A stretch of DNA of 64,000 bases from the NCBI RefSeq assembly GCF_006345805.1, contig NC_042997.1, forward strand, positions 162,688,001 through 162,752,000. Direction: 5' to 3'. Positions 51,432 to 62,859 of the stretch are shown here, one piece after another; the stretch's first letter is position 1; each line of letters starts with the position of its first letter. The notes under the pieces were generated by a model, which was not told the origin of the DNA, did no database searches, and saw nothing but the letters and a program-made list of their open reading frames with translations. The DNA comes from Octopus sinensis (Eukaryota). Made by a program: the position numbers and the translations under genes.

Positions 51432-51885
51432 TAAGGCAGCGAGCTGGCAGAAACGTTAGCACGCCGGGCGAAATGCTTAGCGGTATATCGTCTGCCGCTA
51501 CGTTCTGAGTTCAAATTCCGTCGAGGTCGACTTTATCTTTCAATCTTTCGGAGTCGTTTAAATAAGTACCAGTTACGCACTGGGGTCGATGTAATCGACT
51601 TAATCCGTTTGTCTGTCCTTGTTTGTCCTCTTTGTGTTTAGCCCCTTGTGGGTAGTAAAGAAATAGGTATTTCGCCTGTCTGTTATTTAAATGCTTAGCG
51701 GTATTTCGTCTGCCGTTATGTTCTGAGTTCAAATTCCGCCGAGGTCGACTTTGCCTTTCATCCTTTCGGGGTCGATAAATTAAGTACCAGTTACGCACTG
51801 GGGTCGATGTAAACGACTTAATCCCTTTGTCTGTCCTTGTTTGTCTCCTCTATGTTTAGCCCCTTGTGGGCAATAAAGAAATACG
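51432..51885 (+). mobile_element. SINE family B dimer
   Basis: Two body units joined through AAAGAAATAGGTATTTCG; the last unit ends GGGCAATAAAGAAATA. Confidence 0.85.
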
Positions 51886-52127
51886 AAAACAGTATTATTG
51901 TTTCAGTCATTGGACTGCGGCCATGCTGGGGTACTCCCTTGAAGGGTTTTAGTCGAAGTGACCGATCCCAATACTTATTATTTTCTTTTAAAGTCTTATA
52001 GTTATTCTATCGGTCTCTTTGCCAAACAGCCAGGTTATGGGGGCGTATACAAACCAACACTGGTTGTCAAGCAGTTGTGGGGGACAAATACAAGCAAAAC
52101 GAGCGCACGCGCACAAACACACTATTT

Positions 52128-52230
52128 TTAACTAGAATATTGCTGACAGTGACTTCGAAGTTTCAGCCTGTTATGATGATGACATAGTAAGCTGAAATTT
52201 CAAAATCACTGCCAACACTATTCTTGTTAA
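52128..52230. other. 40-bp-arm imperfect hairpin bounded by TTAA
   Basis: 52128-52167 and 52191-52230 are 33/40 reverse complementary. Confidence 0.75.
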
Positions 52231-52232
52231 AG

Positions 52233-52288
<56 letters not shown>

Positions 52289-52386
52289 TATATATAATAT
52301 ATATATACGCTTCGTATATATATATATATATATACGCTTCAAAAAATTTTGAGTTATCCTTCAGTTCAATGTAAAATTGTTTTTAA

Positions 52387-52790
52387 AATAATAATAATAA
52401 TAATTGTGTACAGTGCTCAGGTGCACTACAACTCATCTAAAGTGTATATATAATCAGGTGTAGTTTCGGCGGATTTCGGAAAGCATGAGGGCCTTAAAGG
52501 ATGCAGTGTCATGGCAGTCAACAACTGACGCAGGCAGTTTATTCCATGCTTCAGCAACTCTGAGCGTGAAAAAATGTTTCCGAAAGTCATGGGAGCTGTG
52601 TTGTTTTCTGACTTTGTAGGCATATCCACGTGTGTTAGACACATGGAGATCAAAAAGGTGTTCAGTGTTGTTGTTGGTGAGGTGGTTGATAACTTTGTGG
52701 GTGTTTGCCAAGTCCGTCGCCAGACGCCGGAGCTTCAGTGAAGCTCTAACATATGTGACCGCGTGTGTATCGTTGGCGATTTTCATTCTC
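52387..52790 (-). pseudogene. CR1-group LINE 3' end
   Basis: ORF LRRLATDL..HKVI..TRGYAYKV..RKHFFTLRVAEAWNKLPASVV..SFK matches the CR1 RT C-terminal pattern; (TTA)n tail. Confidence 0.88.
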
Positions 52791-52794
52791 CGTC

Positions 52795-52959
52795 TTCCCT
52801 TCCTTGGACCTTTCTTTTTTCTATGTTTCTGACAAAGAGCTCCGCTCGAAACGTTAAATCCTCCTTCTTTCTTTCCTTTCCTGAGCGTCCAATAACACTA
52901 TACTTGTTCCACGTCCTCGCGTTGTTGTGTTTTCTCTTTGTTCATGTTTGGATAAACTA

Positions 52960-52960
<1 letters not shown>
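52795..52960 (+). mobile_element. Penelope-like terminal fragment with a hammerhead-like motif
   Basis: GTTT CTGACAA A GAGC TCC GCTC GAAA CGT T AAAT at 52825-52859, followed by a U-rich tail and (TA)n. Confidence 0.6.
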
Positions 52961-53019
<59 letters not shown>

Positions 53020-53435
53020 GTATGTATATATATGACGGGATTCCACGCTGTTTCCGTCCACCAGTATCTCTTATTTGTCGGCCAATGGTCGGCTAGTTAT
53101 TAACAACAAAGAGACGAGAGAGAGAGGGGGAGGGGGAAGGAGAGAGAGAGAGAGAAAGAGAAAGAGAGAGAGAAAGAGCTGATCAAGCAAGATTTGAACT
53201 TACATTAGAAGAATACAGCTCACATCCATGGTCGCTCGCCCTGCTAGTAACAACAGTCAAATATCTCTCAAACTATGCAATACACTCTTAAAACAAACAA
53301 AAAAAAATAGGACACTTTGAAAAATGTGGACCGGCATACATTATGTCTGGATAAAATGACAGGATGGTCATAATCGGAATGCCTTTGATCATAGGTCTGC
53401 TTGATCAGGGATGATGTGGGACAACGACGACGACG

Positions 53436-53473
<38 letters not shown>

Positions 53474-53804
53474 AACAACAGCAGGAACAACAACAACTCT
53501 TAATCCCAGCGCCCGTTCAAAGATGATCGATATTTATGACCGTTGAAAAATAAATGATTAGAGGAATAAACCTCTTGGAGATGTTAATACTGGAAGAATT
53601 GTCATCGATTAGAGAAGATCGATCAATTTTCCCATGAAGTGATCACCACCAATTACGGTATTAAAGAAAAATAGGAGAATTAATGATTTTTATCTTGCTT
53701 TTATTTATTTATTTATTTATTTGCCTTTTATGGTAAATCAATAAAATGAAATTAAACTGAAATCTTGATGAGTAAGTATTAATAACAGAACACAGAACTG
53801 GAAT

Positions 53805-53853
<49 letters not shown>

Positions 53854-53946
53854 AGGTTGGTCATTTAAAACTGATGCAAATATCTTTTCAGATGAGATTG
53901 TAAAAGTATACAGAGTAGCGTGTGTAGCAGAATATTTCAATACACA

Positions 53947-53994
<48 letters not shown>

Positions 53995-54073
53995 CACATA
54001 CACGCACACATGCACACACACACACACACACACGCACGCATACATTCATATACAGACATTATAATATATAATA

Positions 54074-54540
54074 TTAGCAGTATAACCCGGCCTTGCCCGG
54101 GATTAAGTTACGATTATTAAGCTTACCAAGTTCTTTATTTCAAACCAAACTAAGTAATATCGACGTCAAATTTGGGCAAAATCCGTGAAATTGGTTATAT
54201 TATGCATATATATTATATATATTATATATATATAATATAATATAATATAATATAATAATATATATAAATATATGTGGGCAACAGACACGAACACACATGT
54301 ACGTACGTACATCTATTGCATGTTTTGTGCATGCATACATGTTCATAAACAGAAATGAATGGAAAAATGTTGTTAAATTTGTAGATTAACACTCGCACGA
54401 TTTTCACTAAGAAAAATAATGTTTTTTTTGCGTGGAATCAACTACTCTGGCCTCCTAATATGCTACAAAACCCTTTTTGTGGTCCGTGAAACGGAGTGGG
54501 TGTGGTGGAAGCCTCGGAAATTGTACCCATTTATATTGTG
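54074..54540 (-). mobile_element. Helitron 3' end
   Basis: Minus strand CCCGGGCAAGGCCGGG hairpin, TTATACTG, CTAA|T (fits CTRR). Confidence 0.7.
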
Positions 54541-54855
54541 CAATTCACTGACAAATTGCTACTCACCTCTTTGTTTCTTTGTTGTTAAATAAATGGATTG
54601 TCAACAAAACACTTTTTTACTCAGCGTAAAATAAAAACAAAACTCTTTCGCCCCCAAAGTAATGTGTGTGAGAGAGAGGGGGAGAAAGATGAACGGTTTA
54701 AAATAAATAAATGATTTAAAATAAATATATTGTAATTGTTGTGTGAGAAAGTATATATATACTATGATTATAAAATATAGTGTATTTCCGAAACATCCTG
54801 AATTTGAACACTATATCTCGTGTTTAAGAAAAGACAAAACATTTTACATTTTATA

Positions 54856-55150
54856 TTTTATGAACGTCGTCACTTACTCTCTCTCTCCCTCTCTCATTTT
54901 GTCTTTCCCGCGAAACTCTCTGCTTCTCTTCCACTTTTCTTTATCTTGTTTTTTTTTTGTTAGACGCCGTCAGAAAGCTATGGCTGAAAATAGATTTTTA
55001 TGAACGTCGTCACTTACTCTCTCTCCCTTTCTCACTTTGTCTTTCCCGTGAAACTCTCTGACTCTCTGCTTCCAATTTTCTTTACCTTTTTTTATTTTTT
55101 GCTAGACGCTGTCAAAAAGCTATGGCTGAAAATAGATTTGGCTGAAAATA
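54856..55150. repeat. 140-bp tandem duplication
   Basis: TTTATGAACGTCGTCACTTACTCTCTCTCCC..AAGCTATGGCTGAAAATAGATTT at ~54856 and ~54996. Confidence 0.85.
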
Positions 55151-56796
55151 GATTTTTACCGCTATCCGCGGGTGCCTCGGGAAAAAAAATAAGGTGAGAA
55201 AACCCAGATAGGATGTTGACGAATGTCCTCCTAAAATTTGAGCGACATGCATGCTAATTTGTGGATGTGCATAAACTACAATCACGTACACACACACACA
55301 CACACACATCTTGCCGTATATATATACAGATATATATAAATATATATGTATTCCCAACTACATGGTTCTGGGTTCAGTACTATTGCGTGACACCTTGGGC
55401 AAGTGTCTTCTGCTATAGACTCGGGCCGACCAAAGACTTGTGAATATATCTGGTTGACGTAAACTGTAAGAAGCCCGTCTTATATATGTATATATATAAT
55501 TATAGTATATTCTGTTAAGAACATAGTAGAATACAGTATAAAGCTCTCTCATCCACTTTCACATTTAAACTGTGCTTTCCAGGTTTGCGTTTGGGCATCT
55601 GTCGTGTGTGAATAGATAATTGAAAAAATTGGAGTCAACAAGAAGGGTACGGTTGGACATTTACTTTTTAATCACTACAATTGTTTGCATGCAACGTATT
55701 TCTCCAGATGTGCAGGTACTTGATTAAGAAACTATTTCCCTGCATTATGAGATCTAGTTGTGTTTCCTCAGGTGATATGTAAACATTGTCTCTGTAAATT
55801 TAAAATCCTCGGCTTCAAGAACATTCTATCTCTCAGTCGTGGCCTTAATTTAGTAGTAGTCACAAAGCCTATCAGGGTATGTTGTTGGTGAAGGGCCGTT
55901 GGTAAACTGCTTTGAATGCATAAATGTAGTGGGATGGTGATTCTCGTACTCTTAAAGTGGTTGCCATTTTAAAGAGATTGGTATTTTATTTCTTTGTACT
56001 GTTGATTTGTTCTTCATGGTTGGTTACACATGATTCTCCTTAGCTGGCCTTTAAGATTCAACACTCGGACACATACGCGCATATATGCGCGCACGCGCAC
56101 ACGCTCACACATACATATATACATTCACATACATACACATATATAAAATCTACGCATACATATACATACGGATATATACACACGCTCACATATACGGATA
56201 TGTACGCGCACTCACGTACATATATATAAGCACACCTACACTCGCTCGCATATACATACACAGATGCTCGCGTGTGCATACACACACTTACACACATGTA
56301 TACATATCTACTTACACACACACACACGCACACCCACTCACACTATACATATAAATATATATATTCACTCACAAATTAAAAAAAAGAGTAGCTTATTAGC
56401 AATTAAATAAAGGCGATTTTATAGAGGTCAAGAAAGGGACAGATGGTACTGACTAGCACAGTTTTTGTTAAAATTACTCAAAGCCACAAGAGCACTGAAC
56501 TTAATGACTGCATAGCCGGATCGCAATTTCGGATTTTGATGCAGGTCATCTTAATCTTCATTAGCGACTCTTAAAGCCTAGAGTTAAACACGACTGCCTC
56601 AATCAGTCTTATAAGAAAAACCGTTGAAAACGTGCTGATTTTCAAAACGGTAAAAGTGTAAACAATAAATTAAAAATGCGAGGCTTATTAGCAATTAATG
56701 CATAAAGGCAAAATTAATAGAGGTCACAAAGTGACTATATATATATATATAATTTTTTTTCTCTCCTTGTTTTTTCTGTGTCCCTTTCTGTAGAAT

Positions 56797-57232
56797 TTTC
56801 GGGGAAAATTTTCAAAAAATTTTTCAAAAATATTTGGGGAAAATTTTCCAAAAATTTTTTTTAAATTTTAAAAAAATTTTGGGTGACAATTTTCAAAATA
56901 TTTTTCAAAAATTTTTGGGAAAATTTTCAAAACAGTTTTGAAAAATATTTGGGGAAAAAATTTTCAAAAAATGTTCAAAAAATTTTTCAAAAATTTTTGG
57001 GAAAACTTCCAAAAAATTTTTCAAAAATTTTGGGGGAATATTTTCAAAAAATTTTTCAAAGATTTTTGGGAGAAAATTTTCAAAAATTTTTCAAAAATCT
57101 TTGGTGTAAATTTTCAAAAAATTTTTCCAAAATTTTGGGGAAAATTTTCAAAAAATTTTCAAAAAGTATTTGGGGAAAATTTTCAAAACATTATCAAAAA
57201 ATTTTTCAAAAATTTTAGGGGGAAATTTTCAT
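56797..57232. repeat. phased AnTn-tract array (~11-bp modules, ~33-37-bp higher-order unit)
   Basis: GGGGAAAATTTTCAAAAAATTTTTCAAAAATTTTT repeated about 12 times. Confidence 0.8.
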
Positions 57233-57297
57233 AGATTTTTATGAACGTCGTCACTTACTCTCTCTCCCTCTCTGGCTTTGAGTAATTTTAACAAAAA

Positions 57298-57591
57298 TTT
57301 GTTAGAAGCCATGATAATCGCTATTGTCTGAAAAGAACTTTCAAATGTTTGTATTCTTTGTAGGATGCAATAAGTAACAAACGCGCACACACATATTTAC
57401 TCAAAAGAAAATATATTTGATAAAAGAAATTTGTCCTTGATAAAAATTGCAATAAGTTGTTTAAAACTAGTTGTCATTAAGCTTCGATGCATTTCAAAGT
57501 CTTTCTACGAATACGTCTTTCGACCGATATGCTTTCGGCTTCTGTGTGTACGACGTGTGTGTTTTCGATGATTTTGCTGAAGTTGCTTTCT

Positions 57592-57622
<31 letters not shown>

Positions 57623-57653
57623 GTGTGTGTGTGTGTGTGCGTGCGTGTGTGCG

Positions 57654-57688
<35 letters not shown>

Positions 57689-58826
57689 ACACACATCTAT
57701 TATATAAAATCCGTTCTGTCTGTGTGTCTTCTAGGATCTTGGGCATCCTCCATCCGATTGCGCTCAAATTTGATATGTAGGTACCGACGATATCAGGGCG
57801 TGTATAAGTCTTGAAAAAATTCAAAAACCGATTCCAGGTGAGAATGCGATCGCTAAAGTGAATAAAATTGTTTTTCTTTGGAATAGAAAAAAAGTCTGTC
57901 TTTATTTCTTCTTTTGCTGGTGTCTCAAATTTAGGTTAAATCAGTGTTTCTCAAAGGGGAGGCCTATGGGTCGGTCGGACAAGTTGTTTTGAGTAAATTT
58001 GGTTTAAATGTTTGACAATTCAGCACCGTCCATAGGACGTGGGGGGGGGCCGTTTTCCTCGTACAAAATATATTTTTACACATATACGCACGTGTACGTG
58101 CACACGCACACACACACACACAAATTTGAAAAATTTTTTGAAAATTTACCCCAAAGATTTTTGAAAAATTTTTTGAAAATTTTCTCCCAAAAAGTTTTGA
58201 AAAATTTTTTAAAAATTTTCTTCCAAAAATTTTCAAAAAATTTTTTAAAAATTTTCTTCCAAAAATTTTCAGAAAATTTTTCAAAACTTTTTTGGAGAAT
58301 ATTTTCAAAAAATTTTCAAAAATCTTTGGGGTAAATTTTCAAAGAATTTTTTTTTAATTTTTGGGGAAAATTTTCAAAAAATTTTTCAAATTTGTGTGTG
58401 TGTGTGTGTGCGTGTGCACGTACACGTGCGTATATGTGTATAAATATATTTTGTACGAGGAAAACGCTCCCCCCCCACGTTCTATGGACGGTGCTGAATT
58501 GTCAAACATTTAAACCAAATTTACTCAAAACAACTTGTCCAACCGACCCATAGGCCTCCCCTTTGAGAAACACTGATTTAACCTAAATTTGAGACACCAG
58601 CAAAAGAAGAAATAAAGACAGACTTTTTTTCTATTCCAAAGAAAAACAATTTTATTCACTTTAGCGATCGCATTCTCACCTGGAATCGGTTTTTGAATTT
58701 TTTCAAGACTTATACACGCCCTGATATCGTCGGTACCTACATATCAAATTTGAGCGCAATCGGATGGAGGATGCCCAAGATCCTAGAAGACACACAGACA
58801 GAACGGATTTTATATAATAGATGTGT

Positions 58827-58861
<35 letters not shown>

Positions 58862-59226
58862 CACGCACACACGCACGCACACTCACACACACACACACAC
58901 ACGCACACACACCACACACACACACACACAAGAAAGCAACTTCAGCAAAATCATCGAAAACACACACGTCGTACACACAGAAGCCGAAAGCATATCGGTC
59001 GAAAGACGTATTCGTAGAAAGACTTTGAAATGCATCGAAGCTTAATGACAACTAGTTTTAAACAACTTATTGCAATTTTTAATCAAGGACAAATTTCTTT
59101 TTAATCAAATATATTTTCTTTTGAGTAAATATGTGTGTGCGCGTTTGTTACTTATTGCATCCTACAAAGAATACAAACATTTGAAAGTTCTTTTCAGACA
59201 ATAGCGATTATCATGGCTTCTAACAA
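57298..59226. repeat. ~1.93-kb near-perfect palindrome
   Basis: TTTGTTAGAAGCCATGATAATCGC at 57298 mirrors GCGATTATCATGGCTTCTAACAAA ending at 59226; symmetry continues to a centre near 58262. Confidence 0.95.
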
Positions 59227-59297
59227 AGCCACATCACACCAGACTTCGAGAGCGAAATATGGTCGAATATATATACTCAATAATTTAACTGGTATGA

Positions 59298-59532
59298 AGA
59301 CGGCCAGCTGGCAGAAACGTTAGCACGCCGAGCGAAATGCGTAGCCGTATTTCGTCTGCCGTTACGTTCTGAGTTCAAATTCCGCCGAGGTCGACTTTGC
59401 CCTTCATCCTTTCGGGGTCGATTAAATAAGTACCAGTTAATCACTGGATTCGATGTAATCAACTTAATCCCCTTGTCTGTCCTTGTTTGTCCCCTCTATG
59501 TTTAGTCCCTTGTGGGCAGTAAAGAAATAGAT
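59298..59532 (+). mobile_element. SINE family B monomer (long-tail variant)
   Basis: CAGCTGGCAGAAACGTTAGCACGCCG..GGGCAGTAAAGAAATAG. Confidence 0.88.
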
Positions 59533-60072
59533 AATTTAACAGGTATCGACCCATGAAGAATGACAAACAAAGATGACAATATCGGTATTCGATCGAAGAC
59601 GCTAAAGAAAAGTAACTCAGTAACGCAAACTATTTTAAGCTATGCTCTACGAGTTCATTGCCACGTCAGCCATGATCGCCCGTGCAGTAATTATTTCTAG
59701 CTTATGCACACAGTTAGAACAATCCAATGCAGATTAGTATTTCACCCATAATCATTATGTCGAGTACATTTTTCTGAAAGACACTAATGATCTTGTTATG
59801 TAAATGTTTATATTTTAGGATTATCGCAAGCTGTTATCAAACTGTGTAGATTAATTCTGATTTATACATTAGCGATGTTTTAATTTTTGAATTTAAAATA
59901 TGACATTTGATTCAAATGGCGATAAATCATCGCATGATATATATATGATATATATATGATATATATATATATGATATATATTATATATATATATATTATA
60001 TATATATATAAATATATAATATAATATATATTATATATATATATACATATATACATATATACATATATATAC

Positions 60073-60215
60073 AGTTTCCGTCTACCAAATCACAAGGCTT
60101 TGGTCGACCCGAGGCTATAGTAGAAGACACTTGCCCAAGGTGCCACGCAGTAGGACTAAGCCCGGAACCATGTGGTTGGTAAGCAAGTTAATTACCACAC
60201 AGCCACTCCTGCAGT
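60073..60215 (-). mobile_element. SINE family A, 5' half
   Basis: CAGTTTCCGTCTACCAAATC..CACTTGCCCAAGGTGCCACGC..ACCACACAGCCACTCCTGC. Confidence 0.85.
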
Positions 60216-60334
60216 AAAAGGTATATATATATACATACATGTATATATGTGTGTGTGTATACATATTTATATACAGACATGTACATACATATACATATGT
60301 ATGTATATACGTATTGTATGTAATTGTATGTGTG

Positions 60335-60373
<39 letters not shown>

Positions 60374-60409
60374 ATATATATATATGTTGTCCACTGTGGT
60401 CTCCCCACA

Positions 60410-60972
60410 CAATACAAGGTATCATAAAAGTTGAAGCACCTCAAAGGGCAATCACAAAAAAGAAGATGGCATGACAGGCCTCGACTATTGGGGTCGACTA
60501 GAAAAGCTAAAACTCTATTCTCTCCCCACGTCGTCGTGAGCGCTACATCATCTGCATGATGTGGAAAATTCCATCAGCATTGCCCAAATGATGTTGGCAT
60601 CACCTTTAAGGTACATCCAAGGCTTGGGCCCCGTGCCATCCGCCCAAAACAAAAATCGCACTATCATCTCATAACAACAATACGGCACAATTATTTCACC
60701 TCAATTGGCCCCGCTCTCTTTAACATTACACCAAAACACATTAAAACAGAAACTGACCCTATAGGGTTCAAGAAGTCCTTGGACAGATTCCTTCAAGAAA
60801 TCCCGGATAAACCCCCTACACCCGGATATGTCTCTGTAAACAATAACTCTCTACTTGAGTGGGCCATAGTGCCCAAATTCTGACTTGAAAGACTTCACCA
60901 GGTGGTGCTATTAAGTTAGACATGGCCTGGGCCAATAATGGCCGAAACCTATCAAAGTATCAAAGTATCAAA

Positions 60973-60974
<2 letters not shown>
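60410..60974 (+). pseudogene. CR1/L2-group LINE 3' end (frameshifted RT C-terminus) with (ATCAAAGT)3 tail
   Basis: Reads YWGRLEKLKLYSL/RRRERYIICMMWKI/..HNYFTSIGPALFNITPKHIK..FKKSLDRFLQEIPDKP..NNNSLLEW across two frameshifts; missing from the ORF track because it has no start codon. Confidence 0.82.
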
Positions 60975-61009
<35 letters not shown>

Positions 61010-61323
61010 TAGATATTTAAATACAGAGAGAGAAAGAGAGAGAAAACATAGATATAGTAGTAAGTTCTAATTAGATCTAGCCCGAAATCTTGCAAGAAGA
61101 GTTGATTCCACAGACGGTATCTTAAGGGCCCGATGGTGGTGCTTCAACTGGGTGACGCATAAATTCTGCCTCACAAGAATAGAAAGGGTTCTTTCTCCGA
61201 GGGACTTCCAAAGTTTCCATCTATCACTCTAACACACAAAGTTTTAGGTACAAATCACTTGGCTCGAACCCGAAATGATGTACATGCTAAGTAAACCAAT
61301 CATATGAGTGTATATACATACAC

Positions 61324-61354
<31 letters not shown>

Positions 61355-61398
61355 TGTATGTATGTATGTATCTCTTTCTCTTTCTCTCTCTCTTTCTT

Positions 61399-61440
<42 letters not shown>

Positions 61441-61518
61441 ATATATATATGATTCCTGTACCCATATATGCATGTATATATACATATATATGTAGGTATG
61501 TACATATATGTATGAATA

Positions 61519-61572
<54 letters not shown>

Positions 61573-61914
61573 TATATATTATTTTATTATTATATGATCG
61601 AACGCCACGCATCCTTTTCTAAGTAAGTTATATATATATATATATATTATATAAAGGGCTTAGTAAAATAAATTACTTTGCCGCATACTGAACTCATTAG
61701 AAATAGCAGCTAAAAAACTTTTTTAAGGCTATTTCTAATACTTAAAGAAAATCTCTCTCATATATAGTGTTTGCATAATTCAACTCACAAAAGTTTGGGG
61801 GTAAGACATCGAAAAATCAAATGCTAAGGTTATTCGAGAACGTACGTTTCAAGATTAGTCAAAACAACATTTCTATCATCGGCTCGGAAATTATATATAT
61901 ATATTATTATATAT

Positions 61915-61964
<50 letters not shown>

Positions 61965-62063
61965 TATTATTATATTATATATATAAAACAGTACTTGGAG
62001 AAGAAGAAGAACGGAACGAAACGAACGAATCGAATCGAATCGACGCGAGGGCGCTGTCAAACA

Positions 62064-62656
62064 ATAGTGTAATAAATAAAATATATGCATACATACAAAC
62101 ATATATGTACGTACCTACATCTACATGTACATATACATGCATATATAAATACTCCGTCTAAGCCAGGAAAAAGGCCTTTCGTTTGTTTTCTTGTTTATTT
62201 TTATTTCTCGTATTGTTTTTTCTTGTACATGTATTTTTATCTTGTAATTTATTTTGTATTTTTATTTGTATCGTTTTCACGTCCTGTTTGGGTTACATTT
62301 TATTTTTTTCTTTCTTGTTTTTACCCCTCTGCGAAGTAATTTTATTTTAATTCTCTCGCAGGAAGGGCTAGTTTCGACGAGTCGTGTTCTGTCTTACCTT
62401 CGAAACACGCTAGAGTCGAACTAGGGACAGCTGATGAAGGGGATTTTTCCTTGTGTAGTTCGTCTTGTACTCTTTTCTGTTGTAAAAAAATGGTTTGTTC
62501 CATGCTTGTTTTTCCGTTTTCGTTTCTCGTTGAGTTCTACGTCTAGTTGTGGTGTCCTGTACTTAGGTATATATTTATATATGCATGTATATGTACATGT
62601 AGATGTAGGTACGTACATATATGTTTATATGTATGCATATATTTTATTTATTCCAC

Positions 62657-62659
<3 letters not shown>
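62064..62659. mobile_element. element with ~90-bp terminal inverted repeats
   Basis: ATAGTGTAATAAATAAAATATATGCATACATAC..GTACGTACCTACATCTACATGTACATATACATGCATATATAAATA is mirrored at 62573-62659. Confidence 0.8.
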
Positions 62660-62688
<29 letters not shown>

Positions 62689-62734
62689 GTGTGTGTGTAT
62701 GTATATATATATATATTATATATTAAATATAATA

Positions 62735-62766
<32 letters not shown>

Positions 62767-62859
62767 GTATTATATATATGTATGTATATATATATGTATT
62801 ATATATATAGGAAAGTTTACGAAAAAAGCAAAAGACGAAGACAGGTGATGTACAAAACA

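Noticed and set aside
55560-56050. Possible Penelope GIY-YIG/RT remnant on the minus strand
   Set aside because: I could not recover diagnostic motifs in any frame; too degenerate to call.
56883-58334. KNFQKIF/FWENF repeat ORFs resembling a repetitive protein
   Set aside because: They arise from AnTn tracts that lack stop codons in several frames on both strands; no splice or start context.
62395-62455. CGAAAC..GTC..CTGATGAAGG as a permuted (type II) hammerhead
   Set aside because: Helix I cannot form (G-G closing pair), helix III has only 2 bp, and no GAAA follows the downstream stem.
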